A DNA stretch of 61,785 nt, the filler included, from Rhabdomonas costata (taxonomy: Eukaryota), in the NCBI GenBank assembly GCA_019059605.1. It is 19 parts of 19 records of this genome, joined end to end, with 100 filler letters (N's around TTAATTAATTAA, not from the genome) between each part and the next. Parts side by side here need not be neighbours in the genome. Positions count along the whole stretch, not along the records: positions 22,818 to 25,975 come from JAHMHO010001269.1; positions 26,076 to 29,233 come from JAHMHO010001270.1; positions 29,334 to 32,490 come from JAHMHO010001271.1; positions 32,591 to 35,746 come from JAHMHO010001272.1; 15 more parts are not named here. The stretch is one strand, 5' to 3'. The translations under genes were made by a program, and so were the position numbers. Positions 22,996-35,846 of this stretch are shown one piece after another. The notes under the pieces are model-generated. The model saw only the letters and a list, made by a program, of their open reading frames with translations. It was not told the DNA's origin and searched no databases. Numbering within the stretch: the stretch's first letter is position 1; the number at the start of each line of letters is the position of its first letter.

Positions 22996-24849
22996 TTTTG
23001 CCCGCGCCACGCAACACCTTTTTATGCTCTTCCATGTGCCTCCGGCCGCTTCCTTCTGTGCCACCAAATTTTTTCCCTCAACTTCCTCCTTTCAAGCCTC
23101 CTGTTTCCTTCGTTTTCCACCGCGCCTCTCTTAAAATTTGTTGGGAAGTTCCTGTCTTAGAATTTGTTTTGTCAACAGCCTTTGTGTGCAGATGAATGGA
23201 TTTATTTGGCAGCTCACTTGTTTTTCTGTTGTTCCAAAACGGTCGCTATTGAATTGCAAATCCTTAATCAGACGATCCGTGGCGAAAACAATTGACCGCA
23301 AGGCCGCATGGCGGAAACAAAACGGAAACCAATTCAAGGCAAATACGTGGATCCACGATAAGTGACTCAAGCATTTGTTGAAACAAAACACCTCAAAACA
23401 CTTAGTTGAAACACGTAGTTGAAGTAACACGGTTGCTCCAACAATGGCTGCCTTGACGTCCTCAAATCACAAAATCTGGCTTCATGGAAAGTACAACTGA
23501 GCACAACTGCGAAGTGTAAGTGTAGCTGGTGTGATCAAATACTTCCTGACTGGAGAGTTCTGAGATGCCTTCACTCCATCCAATGATGAAATCCGCGGAT
23601 TTTATCATTGCTTTCTTCTGGAAAGCGTCGCGATTGCACTTTTTAGACTCAGCATATGTTGTATTACGTCAGAAAAGTTATTAAAAAAATGAAAGCCGTT
23701 CCATGAAGGTAGTTCTGTTGCGAGGTCCATACTTTTGAGAATTTCCATTGACATTCTTTACCAGCTTTGGTAATGACGGCCTGTTTAAGAAGCACCAGTA
23801 CCGCCTCAGAGCAAGTTGGTAGTTATTAGTTCATCATCACTAAGTGATTGCGTGCCTTGAAACGTTTCTCAAGGATTACGTAATTGGAGCTGCGGATCGG
23901 AGTTCTTTCTTGCTACTTCTTGTCGCTTGGTCGCCTGCCGCAGAGTTTTACGTGAAAATACGATTACTCTGGTACTTTTGGGTAAATTTTCCAAGACTTC
24001 CACTATATGGAATCATTTGGTGATTAAGCACCAGCTGCATTGCATGATTCTCCAACTTTCCCACTGATTGGTTGCAATCCATGATTCTATGAACACCTTG
24101 TGGATTGGGGCCTGAACCAGGAGGTAGTATCCTGAAAGTTCCGCCTTTCGGTGTGAGACCCGCTTGTCCACACGACTTTATAATGTTCTTAGGCGTCTTG
24201 GTGTGTTTTTGCCCAAATTCTGTGTTTTAGATGCTGATGCTCCACAGTGTAATCAGGTGAGTAATTCGTTGGGTCAACCAGTATACGTGGAGAACTCTGT
24301 GATATAAAAATGTGGTACTCGTTCTGTGTGGTGTTTCCAGCACGCCTGTAGCAGCAAATTATAAAAAGGAGCTTGTATGTAAAATTGGACCAATTTCTAG
24401 TAATTTACTACATGTGGCAGTGAAAAGTACGTGCGCAATGGTGTGGATTAACATCAATTTTATGCACCCAGATTAATTGCGAGATTTTGTCCACTGATGG
24501 GACGTCATGACGTGCCATTTTGCCATTTTGTTTAAAATCAACGGCCTCCTCCAGTTGCTCCGATATCTTTGCAATCTTTTGAGATTTTGATACCAAGTGG
24601 AATTGGAAAGTACGGAGTGACAAGCAGCACCATACTATTTTTAAAATGACAATTACCATGCAATTTTCCACCTTGGTAAAATGGTGGCAACTTAAAGTTA
24701 TTCTAATTTTCACAACCAAGTGATGTATGATATTCCTTTTACGCAATAGCACACTGTAAATGTACTGAAACACGTAAACAAAAAGTGGTCATCCGCATCC
24801 GTTGCAGCTGGAATTTTTAATCCATGTTGAAAGTCATGACACACAACTT

Positions 24850-25800
24850 GCTGTTGGTGAGCCGTGTCATCTGAGTCTTCAACTGGAAACAAAAAATTGT
24901 GTTATTAGTGAAAAAGGTCTTTGTTACCCGCACTATCATGCTGTGTTAATTGCTCAACAGTTTCCAGTTCAATGGTTTCGAATTGGATGAGATTGCTGGA
25001 ATGTAAAACGGGTCTCATATTTTTGAGGACGCTGCCGTTGATGGTAAATGTTATTGGTAATCTTCATCTTGATCTTGTAATTTTTACGATTGTTCTTACA
25101 CTGGTTGATCAAGATGTCATGAACTACCACAAACTTATAGTAGATATGGCACACAAATGCCAAGTATGTGCTCATCTATGCAATACATTCCTTGATGGTG
25201 AGCGTTTTATTGTCTCTACTTGTTGAAGTTGTTCACATCAAAAAAGCTCGCATTGTGGCCCATATCCGAGAAATAATGGCTAAGCTTAGTACATCATATT
25301 GGAGCATTGTTGATGGCGATTTCAACACATTCAAGCAAGCTAAGTCTGACTACCTGCATCTTGCCAACACGATGGTGCTGAGTATATGCTTCATTGTGTT
25401 GTTGGTACTCTAGGCAGCTCCATTCTCCTGCAGATTGAATGGGGATCTCATCCGCTTCTTGATCTCCATCATGCGGCAAAGTGCCTTCCAAAAGGCACTG
25501 GAGAACTTTGTGCCACTGCAGGAGATTATGCTCTAAGATAATCTGAGATGACCCACAACCTCGTGGAATAACAGCTCTGCTTGTGGTGCTTTGATATTGT
25601 CCAAACCTGTGATTAATGTCACTTGATGCGAGCCACTGTATGTGACAGTGACAAAGTTGTTGAACTTTCTCTCTGGACCTTGGGCGTTTCCAGTCCATCA
25701 AAATGGACTGCAGGTGTCTCATGAGCATCTCCAGATGCTCCATTTGGCCTAGTGGAAGGTGATACTGATACTCGCTGGCAGGAAGCACATGTCATGCAGT
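24850..25800 (-). pseudogene. Ty3/gypsy integrase remnant
   Basis: Across frameshifts: CASCQR, LPLGQMEHLEM...QSILMDW, LFHEVV...SIISCSGTKFSSAFWKALCRMMEIKKRM..PFNLQENGA..STNNTMKHIL, VEIAINNA; collinear with the rve core. Confidence 0.85.
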
Positions 25801-28072
25801 AGCGTGGTACCAGCCCCGTAGATGCTCAATGCAATACCGTAGCCTAAAGAGACGAACGGTATGACTGGTGCACCAAAGTTCTGCATGGTACTGTGAAATA
25901 ATCTCCGTGGGTCTGGACCATAGTGGAGTCATGTTGTATTGAGTGTATCAGAGGCATAAACGAAGTGCTTTTACANNNNNNNNNNNNNNNNNNNNNNNNN
26001 NNNNNNNNNNNNNNNNNNNTTAATTAATTAANNNNNNNNNNNNNNNNNNNNNNNNNNNNNNNNNNNNNNNNNNNNCAGTCCATCCCCATCCCTCTTCGTT
26101 TTGGTGTTATTCTCATGGTAAACCCCCTCCCGATAAATCGGTGGGGATAGGGGGTCTTTCAAACCAACAAACAATTTACTGGTATTGCTCCACCTCCCGC
26201 TCGGGGAAATATGTGACGTCCGCATTTCACCAAGGACACCTGGGAACCAACCCGGTCCCAATAAGAACTAACAAAAGTTGTCCTAAAGAGTCGTCAGCAA
26301 GACGGTCAGAAATCGAAAATCTTCCGTCCGCCTTCCCATTTCACGCAGATAATCACCAGGAACAATGCAGAACTCCACTCTAGCCATACAAACTCCTCAG
26401 TCTTGACGTTTTGACAACAAATGTCCAATGGCGGCCTCAAGGGTGGATTGCAGAGGAGAGATGGAACAGCCTCCCTCCCCGATAGCCTAACTGCTTGGAA
26501 GAAAAGGCATGTCCCGCCAGGAAAATCAGATGCTGCGGTCTCTGCGTTTCAAATATTCAGGCGTTCTCATTGCAATTGAGTACCAACCCAATCAACCAAC
26601 ACAGCGAGGAGGCACAGTTAACACGGCGCAAGAGCGAAAGAGCGAGTTGTCTGTGGGTATGTATGGGCATAGTGTGATTGGGAGGGTGGGGAGAACGAGG
26701 CCTGCAGGCAGCGCACGGAAGACAGCACAAAGAGGGCGCCGCAGACGCCCAGCGCGACCCAGCCAACGGTGGCCCACGGCAGGTCCGCCACCCCACTGAC
26801 ACTGACCGTCTGCAGACCGCCCGAGGACGGGATAGCAGAGCTCATTTTACTTCACACCAAACAGTCCAGCTCAGCAAAACCAGCACACTCTGCGCTTTGT
26901 AGGTGTTTATGTGTGTGTGTTATTGCAATTTGCAGGAAAAAACGATACGGTACAGGTGCGAGCACGAGGATTGAGGAAAAAGATTCCCAGGGGGGTTCCG
27001 CTATCCCACCGTGCACCACGGCGGAGCAAGCGGCGAAGCAGAGATACAGAAGCAAAGGACAGCACAAAAAGAGGAGCTCCAGCGGTCGCTCCTGAACAGC
27101 ATATCTGCAAAAACAAAATGAGGCATGTGAGAGAGGCGGCAACAGAACGGGCAAAGAGAGGGCGGGGTTGGTGATGGTCCATATGCGACAATACAATTCT
27201 GACCCGACCCGCAGGCCTCAGCTCGTTAGAATCCGAACAGTTCGCGCAGTTTTGACTCAAACCTCTTGTGCACCCCTTCTGAACTCGGCTGGGTCTTTCG
27301 CAGACTCGCACGGACTCTCAGGGATCTTTACTTTTCATTACCTAACATTGAGCTGATTGTCTTGACAGACAATGTATCACACAGACAATCTCTCGACTAC
27401 GGCAAAAAATGTGCTGGAGACATTATTCCACCAAAAAAGCCATTGTTGTTCAGGGGTCCACGGAAACCTAAACGAACGAATTTTACCGTTTTGACGAATG
27501 GTAACTGAGACGTATTCCTTTCCAGAGCCAAGAAGGAGAGATCGCATTACTGCACGCACTGCATGCTGCTGGTGCTGTCACAGTCGCAGTCCAAAACCGA
27601 AGCCAACACCAATGCCTCAGTGCATTTCCCTTTCCACAGAGGCCACGCGGTTCGGCAGCTTGGCCTCTCTGCCAACATGAGTACCCAAAAGCCTGCGTGC
27701 AACAATCACGCGGGCTTCTCATCACGGCCGGGAGACACGGACCGAGCCACTGGAATATCTTGCCCCTGTGTGTAGAAGGGACAACGCAAAAGAAAAATAG
27801 GTCGTCAAAAAATGGAAACACACTGCGTATACAAGGAAGGAGGGAAGGAAAATAAGCAAGAGGAAGCGACAGGATGGGTGAAGAGAAGAGAAATGCTTCC
27901 CGGATGCTGCTGGACGGGATGGAACACCAAGGATGATGCCAAGGATGGAAACGTAAGCCACATGGGCTTAGGCTCTTTCCAAACAATTGAATAACCTGTT
28001 CAGTTTGTGGCAGAGTACATGCGCCAAACAGTAAAAAAAATGAGGGAAGTCAACGCAACGGGGGGGGGGTTG

Positions 28073-28878
28073 CCTCGTCAGCCCGAGGCTCATCCTCGCG
28101 GTCCTTCTCGTCGCGGAACCGCGGGTTGTTGGGATGCCGTGGCGGAGAACGCTCCTGGGTTTGCCTTTCTTCACGCAGTGGCTGAGACTGAGGCTGGTCC
28201 TGTCCGCGAGAAGAGGGCTGAGGCGGTGGCTGCTGCGAGGGCTGCCCAGAAGGAGGCTGCCCGCGAGACTCTGCGTGAAAGGGCGTGCATAAAACAAAGT
28301 GTTAGAGACTCATGGCAAACACCGAGACGCTGGGAAGCTGTCGGACAAGCAACAGTGGGGTACAACCAGCTCACCATGTACACGGGCCAAATAGGACGGG
28401 TCCGCGGTCCCGTCCGGTCCGGCTTCTGCTTCAAAGGTCCTTGGTGGTTCAACCCCCAAAAGCGGTGCCTCCCCCCATTTTCAGTTGATCAGCTGTCCCC
28501 ACCCAACCACAAGGAAGGATTCTCCGAATGCCCGCACGTCAACATGCCCACGCCCTGCACAAATCTCCTGAATAACCCCAACTAACACCGTCTATATGTC
28601 GCCATGAAAGCCAGGTCATCGTAGTCACCAAACGAAACCGCAACTCCAAAAACCGCGCGCAAAAGTGCAGAAAGGTTTGCAGAGAGCCCCCCAAACAAAA
28701 AGCCGGCCGTCCCAAATACACCCGGAAATCGGTCCCCTCCTCCTCCTCCTCGGTAATCCTGGGGCGCAAAGTTTCTCCGGAACCCGCCGCGGCCGCCCCC
28801 GCCACGGCCTCCACCGCCATAAAAGCCCCGGCCACCGTAGGGGCGGTAGGGCCGGTCCGGCCCATCGTAGCCACCACC
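28073..28878 (-). CDS. RGG/Gly-rich then Gln/Pro-rich low-complexity protein, partial (exons ~28878-28722, ~28424-28376, ~28271-28073)
   Basis: GGGYDGPDRPYRPYGGRGFYGGGGRGGGGRGGFRR joins in phase 1 via GT-AG introns to ..DPSYLARVH and ESRGQPPSGQPSQQPPPQ..; there is no conserved domain to confirm the boundaries. Confidence 0.55.
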
Positions 28879-29333
28879 TTGGCCGCACATGCAGACGACC
28901 ACGCATACACTCCCCTACACCCGAAGATCCTTCCTAGCAGCCAACAGAGCATTTTAAACTCCGTCCTTCCCCAGCGCAGATGTCTTAAAGCTTGTTTTCG
29001 GGTAAATGGCGAAAGCACATGGCGACCAGGACAGAAAAAGGCAGAACAAGAAGAGAAAGGGAATCAAAAGGTGGGGCAAAGAGATAAGCATCAGAGAGAA
29101 AGGGAAGGTTCTGAACCAGTGCAGTCAACATTTCGTCCAGTGTGTGTTTGGCTCAGGTCATCATTGCACCGGGCCAACGCCCCCTAGGACAGGTTATTTC
29201 TTCGCAGGGGGTTACGGAGACTTTGCTCTCCATNNNNNNNNNNNNNNNNNNNNNNNNNNNNNNNNNNNNNNNNNNNNTTAATTAATTAANNNNNNNNNNN
29301 NNNNNNNNNNNNNNNNNNNNNNNNNNNNNNNNN

Positions 29334-32300
29334 CTGCCGTACACGATCTTCTTCATGAGCTCCTGCAGGGAGTCCGCCTCATAGGGCCGCGACAGCACGG
29401 CCATCTCATACAGGATGACCCCCTGTGCGGGCACCACCCCTCCTCTGCCCTGTGCTCAGCGGGGATGTCGGGAAGAGCGTCTGCGTCCAACCACCACCGC
29501 CACCACACCAGTTCCCTGAGCTCAGGTGCTCGCAGAGCAGCATTGCCGGTCGGCGACCAGACCGCTCGGCCGAGACCAAGTGGAGAGTGAGGCGACACCG
29601 GGAGGGGAACAACTCTCATGGCCAACTATAAGTCTGGATCGGGAGAGGGCATTCCTCACGACCCCCTTGCAACCACGCGCACCCACACAATATACAAAGG
29701 AATGACCTGAGGTATAACTTGTAATGAGAACAGGCACCGAAGCAAAAATAAGATCAGGCCCCAGTGTAAAAAAACGTGGCACACCAGCGACCAAATGTCG
29801 GACTTGTTGGAGTAGCTTTGGCCCTGGCAAAGCTCGGGGCTGAAATAGTACTGCGCGTGAGTAAGATAGCGAATGTGTGTGGGCAGATTTGGGTGGGGCG
29901 AAATGTCAGCGAATGCCCAACCAGGCGAGTAAGCAGCATCCAATTCAACCGATTCAATGAATACTGGCATCATTTCTGCGCCAGGAACGAAGAACGAGGA
30001 AAAAACTTCAAAATAAAAAACTGGAAGTGCTTCGGTTCATTTAACGCAGAGAAATGAAAAAATAAAGGTTCTGCTTACAATACCGGAGTGCCGCAGACGG
30101 TGCGCGCCATGTCGGCGGTGTTCAGCCGCTTGCTGAACCCAAAGTCTGCGTGCGTGCAAAAGGAAGTATAATAGAGCGGCTCCTGTGTCATTGGGAATAA
30201 CTCGAGATCATCATCTTAATCACTTGCACCCGCAGCTCTGATGTATTCACGTCATACCAAATAAGTAACAATATTTCTGAGGGTGACAATTCAAGAATTG
30301 GTGCTGGACAGACCTCATCTGATTTACTTTTCTTCGACATTTCGGCATCATCATCACTTAACTTTCATCACATGCTTGCGGTCGGAACTAACGCTTTCCA
30401 GCTTATGGTCATCAAAAACGGGTACATGACAATATGTATATGAATCTCTGCTTTTGAGGCCGTTATTGCGGCCGTTGTGAGAGTAATGGGAGGGACTCAC
30501 TCGTCCAACACCCATCATGACAAAAGCGACGAAGAGCAAATCCCCGACCTCACATGCAATCATGAAAGACAGGCAAGTGGCTGCAACAGCAGGTCCAACC
30601 TCCAAGCTTCACAATGTTGTTCGACGTCAGGAAGACGTTCATCGTCTTCAAGTCCCTGAAGAGAAGCCAATCGTAATGAACAGCTCAGCGCATGCTTTCG
30701 TTCTCACGCTTCTGTTTCCCATTGTTTCTTCTTCGCCTGCCCGTTTAAGTGAGTGTGGCGTCCCTCTTCTTTGCTTTATCAGTTCCCCCGCAACATAGCG
30801 TCTGGTACGACGATGCGGCACGGCTAGGTCACTACTGCGATTTCTAATTCATTTTCAGGTGAGGGGTTTTACTTCTTACTCCTCTCTCTTTGCCTCGTGC
30901 CATTCTCATGTGGACTGAGCGTATCGCGATGCACTGGCTGTCGCGGGGCGGCTGACTTAGCTCCTACTCTGTGTCTTAATTGCGTATAAATAAACGAGAG
31001 CAGCAGAGCTGGCAGGAGCGCGCCTGTGTAGAATCTTCTTCTCGTGCAGGTGGTCCAGCGCCAGGCACAGCTGCGCAAACCACAACATCACTACGTCCTC
31101 ACGGAAGTAGTGGCCCTTCTTGCGCTGTGCCTTGATCTTCCCCCCGAGGTCGCCACCTGCCCACAACCCCACTCAGGCCCTTCACGCACTCTCTGTTTGT
31201 TCGGGCCCGGTCTGCGAAGACCATAGCTCAGCAAACAAGTATCAAACACATGAATCCATTAATTTTTGATTGTCAGCTTCCGCACAGTTCCCATGGATAT
31301 GATCCATGCGTCTTCTTTCATTTGGGAAAGGCTCAGAGGTTCATATATTTCGGGGCAATGCCGATCGTCCGTCGACCTCTCCGTTGCTCCATCTATCTGA
31401 GTCTGCGCGGCGCCTTCAGACTCGCTTATAAGGAAATGTTGGAAGCCAGTCTGAATGAGAGAGAGAGAGAGCGTGTGTGTGTTGCTCACTGATTTCAATC
31501 GATGAGAAAAGGCAATCACGGTCATCGGATCATCTGGTAACCACACCATTGTCCATTTTCCGTCAATGGACGCCAAAACAGCGACCACCGCTTTAATGAC
31601 TTTGTTGTTATCGCTGACTGCTTTCATCGACAAATTTTTGGTTTTGTCCTCAAGTTGCCAGTTTGTGCTTGTGCGTCTGTGTCGGCAGGCACAGGGCAGA
31701 GGACCAGAAAGCATGATCACAGGGAGAGGTGGGCTGCGAACAGGCGGAAGGTGTTTTTGTATTGGAACCATTCTGGACATTTCGCGGACTTCGAAGAACA
31801 CACAGAACATTCGAGAACCACACGAACCATCGGCGTACTCCTGAATGATGAACATCTTCCCAGCGTTGTCGATGAAGCAGTCAACAAACTTCACAATGAA
31901 CGGGTGGTCCAGGGAGCGCAGCAGCTTGACCTGATCAAAAGTGGGCACTCCCCGACCACACATCAAGGGGATCCCCAAACTGGCTGAGTGTGGTCAGTAA
32001 GTAGGTGACGGAGATGAAGCTCAGGGGTATTGAAACGAAAAGCGGGGAGAAAAGCAGAAAGTGGAGAAGGAGTCCAAGGAAAAACACCGCTAGCGTCTCA
32101 GTATGAGAAGAAAAGACCCAACGCCATGTATTTCGCATGAAACGCATGGCATCAAAAGTGAAGGGAGAGGAGAGCGGGAGGCGGGAAGGGGGACGCGGGT
32201 CTCTTAAGCAGACCTCCGTCTCGGCAGACTTCTGATCCTTTTTGGACATCTGAAGCAGTGCGAGCTCCTTGGCCACGAGGACTTGCTGGTGGGCGTCAAG

Positions 32301-32354
32301 CACCAGCAGAGCACTGCCAAAGGAGCCCTTGCCAACGCACATGATTGAGCCATC
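29334..32354 (-). CDS. NIMA-related (NEK) Ser/Thr kinase, partial (exons 32354-32214, 31930-31828, 31156-31024, 30655-30600, 30145-30084, 29850-29785, 29422-29334)
   Basis: [76 protein letters not shown]...[17 protein letters not shown]; phases are consistent; intron 3 is GC-AG. Confidence 0.96.
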
Positions 32355-34989
32355 CTGGGAAAGAGCATCCAACCCACAAAATCTTTTCCCGGATCCCACA
32401 TTCATCGACAACCACTCCTGCGAAATAACTGACAATGACGTAATGATGAACTGACGTGTAACGGCAATTGCAGAAAGACAACACACACCCNNNNNNNNNN
32501 NNNNNNNNNNNNNNNNNNNNNNNNNNNNNNNNNNTTAATTAATTAANNNNNNNNNNNNNNNNNNNNNNNNNNNNNNNNNNNNNNNNNNNNTGGTTTGGGT
32601 ACACCGTAAAAAGGCAAGAACTACCACTCATGAGCAATCAACGAAGGGGTGACCATAGGGTTAGCAGACACATAGTTATCGAGAATTCCGAAGCGATCTT
32701 GTTCCCCAAAGGCACACATACCCATAATCATCGCAGTAATACACACGATAGCAGCATCAAGACCCAACAGCAGTGGCTAGAAGTTAACACGATCCAACCT
32801 ACCGACGACAAACCCTGCACCAAACGCACACCCATCTGACCAGTATAATTTACCAAATGCAACACAAACAGATTGTCAAGCACAAAATGCAGGCCAAAAA
32901 ACCAATTCACAGTAACCACTTACACCACCGAACCACCCCACAACAACTCCAAGATCTGTACACCCACACAAGAAGCGCTGTAGTCAGAGAGCAAATCACC
33001 TCCAAAGCACAAAGATACATCTGACCCGACACCAACAAATACCACGTAAAGCAAGCACCCCACAGCAGCAACCATATTCCCACACTAATACACCAGATCG
33101 CACCACGAGAAAACAATGACCCATGCAAAAAACAACCGATCATATAAGAATACACGCACATGAAGAACATAGCAGCACCATTTGCACGAAGACCGCGCAA
33201 CACCATCCCAGCATCCAATTAACAACCTACAGCCACAACACTCAAAAACGCTCACTAGGAAGAATGGCAATACCAAAACTCTAGCACAAAAAACGTAGCC
33301 AATTGCATACCCACTCACATTACGGCACAGAACTCCGATGACTATCCTAAAGAAAACAACGCCAACGTACTCTATGCCCACTTCAAAACGACCTGCAACA
33401 CAGCGGAATAACCCAGGAGCACAACGGAACACAGGATACCCAAGAAAAACACCGAGCCCAGAAGAAAGACTCCGAAACAGAAGACATTACCAGCACCACA
33501 AACGCATAAGCCGAACCAGAGACAGACCCCAACCACCACGCCAACACCACAGCACCACGCAACCATACCGTAGAAGCAATCGCCCAAGCAAAGGAACCCA
33601 TAGCAACAACGGAGACGGAAGTCAAAGCGACGCAACCACTTATACCGAAACACATTGGTAAGAGGAAGACACGCCGACACCCCAACACGACCACTTGCAC
33701 ACACTATCACCACGATTGCGATTCATTTGCCATGAGGTTACAGACAGGAGTGATGAATACATGATGATTCGTACCACATACACCACCAGTGGATGCTGAC
33801 TGTGGGCCACCGGTAACACACCACCATATGAGAGACCAATGAGGGAGTCTAGGGGTGCAGAAGTCTGGTGGTCCCACCTACCACATAAACTGCATATATC
33901 ATCTGATTAAATATGTTGCGTGTAAAGAAACGTTCACTGATTCCAAAATGTGTTTCTCCATAAATAAGGGACCTGATAATGATTGCGATCTTGATGCCTG
34001 TTGTGTGCAATGGAAAGTGGCACTCATTGCAATAAAAAAGGTCGCTCCAGACAACACAGGAACAAAATTAAGCAACACGCAAAGATGAGTAATAAAGCAC
34101 CTTGCATCATCGCATTAACCCTTTCTTACAACTTCGATACAACACTCCAGTTTATAAGCCAACTCGCCAGCATATTTTGTTTTGTGGTTTTGTATTTACT
34201 TCGGTTACTATTGCTCGATTCATCGCCACTTAACGTCGCGCGCTTTTTTGTGTGCATCGTCTTTTCAGTTTATTAGTGACATATCCATTGGCACTTGGTA
34301 TATTTGCCTCAGAATAGCTGGGGTATTGACAATGCCATACATTGTATTTTTTGTAGTGCTTTGTTTTCCATCTCGTGGTCGCATTTAATCGCCGTTTTGC
34401 AGCAACACCGTAATAAAATTTGTAAATTGTGTTTGGTTTTACCTTCAAAACTATTCCCACAGTAGTATGACCTACAAACAGTAATGAAACTTAACCATAA
34501 ACGTCGGAAATCTGCGTTAAAATGTTCGCATACAAATTATATAAAACGAACAAAAAGCCACCAAAAACGGAATTGCCATGGCTGAACTGGAAGAAACTAT
34601 CACACTTGAAAGGCAGCTGAAAGTGACGCACGTTTTTATCCAAGTGGTTTTTGGTCAGTTTAGTACAGCTAAAAATCAGTTATAAGGTAGTTTAAATCAC
34701 TAAACTAAGTAAGCATGTTACGTGTTTACAGTTGAAGTCCTTGGAACACTATTTTACACTACATAATTCCTCATTTGCTGCTTAGGATGTCTTGTAATGA
34801 TTCTGGGGTTATTTGGCTTCCGTATTATGGTCAAACATCAGCGGTGTCAAATAACACCACGACTGGTAAAAATCAATGCTGGCGATGAGTTTTTGTGATT
34901 TTTAGTAACAAAAACTCCTCAAATAGAAGTAATGCTTATAATAAGACACGTTGATGGATGGTGGCCTCGAATTCATGTGGTACACTGCG

Positions 34990-35500
34990 GGCCCCAAATT
35001 GGCGGTGGTGTTACGCCTGTAAACATGCCTCCATTACGTGTTTCCCGGTAAAGCGGCTGTGTTTGAGCTGATTCTCTGCTGCTCCATGAAGTAGGCCATC
35101 AGTAGGCCATATGGTGGGTCTGAGTGGTGATTCATTAGGTGTTTTGCTCCTAGCTTGCAAAGAAATTGATGTACAAAATAGGGTTTTCCACATGAAGTGT
35201 TTATAGAAGCAAACGCAGACGCTCCGTGGCTGTCAACTACGTTATGTAGGTCGTGCAGTGAACTGAAGACGCCATGGGTTTGCAACTACTTGAGAAGTGG
35301 TTGCAGTAAACGGTACGTGACACATGGGTTTTTGGAAACTTCACAGCAGAGTGAACGACTTGAATATGTTGGTGGCAATGGAATCAAAGATTTCCACACC
35401 AGTATAGTCAAGTCAGGAAGTCACATCAATCTTGTGCATTCAGTTTAATCCACAATGATACCTTCGTCCAGAGTGGTGGCCATCTTGACGTTTTTGTCCA
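34990..35500 (-). pseudogene. Heavily decayed gypsy-like integrase remnant
   Basis: Fragments HKIDV..IFDSIA..HVPFTATTS..VFSSLHDLHNVVD..WKTLF..PTDGL in shifting frames; HKIDV also occurs at ~24450-24470 on another contig. Confidence 0.45.
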
Positions 35501-35846
35501 AAAACAACGGCTTACTCCGACTATTTTTAGCCACAAATTTGGCTGAAAATTCAAAATAATCAAGTCACAATGGACAATGGATGCTTGGCCGAGAGGATAT
35601 AGTCGCTTTAGCAGTGATAGGTTAATGCAACATAGCTTTTGGTTTCACGGTCCTCGTTTCATCCAAAAATGCAGGTGCAGCTATCAAAGCTGTTGGCATG
35701 CGAGGAACAATACAAAAGTTTATGAAACTTTCTAAGAACACCAACANNNNNNNNNNNNNNNNNNNNNNNNNNNNNNNNNNNNNNNNNNNNTTAATTAATT
35801 AANNNNNNNNNNNNNNNNNNNNNNNNNNNNNNNNNNNNNNNNNNNN

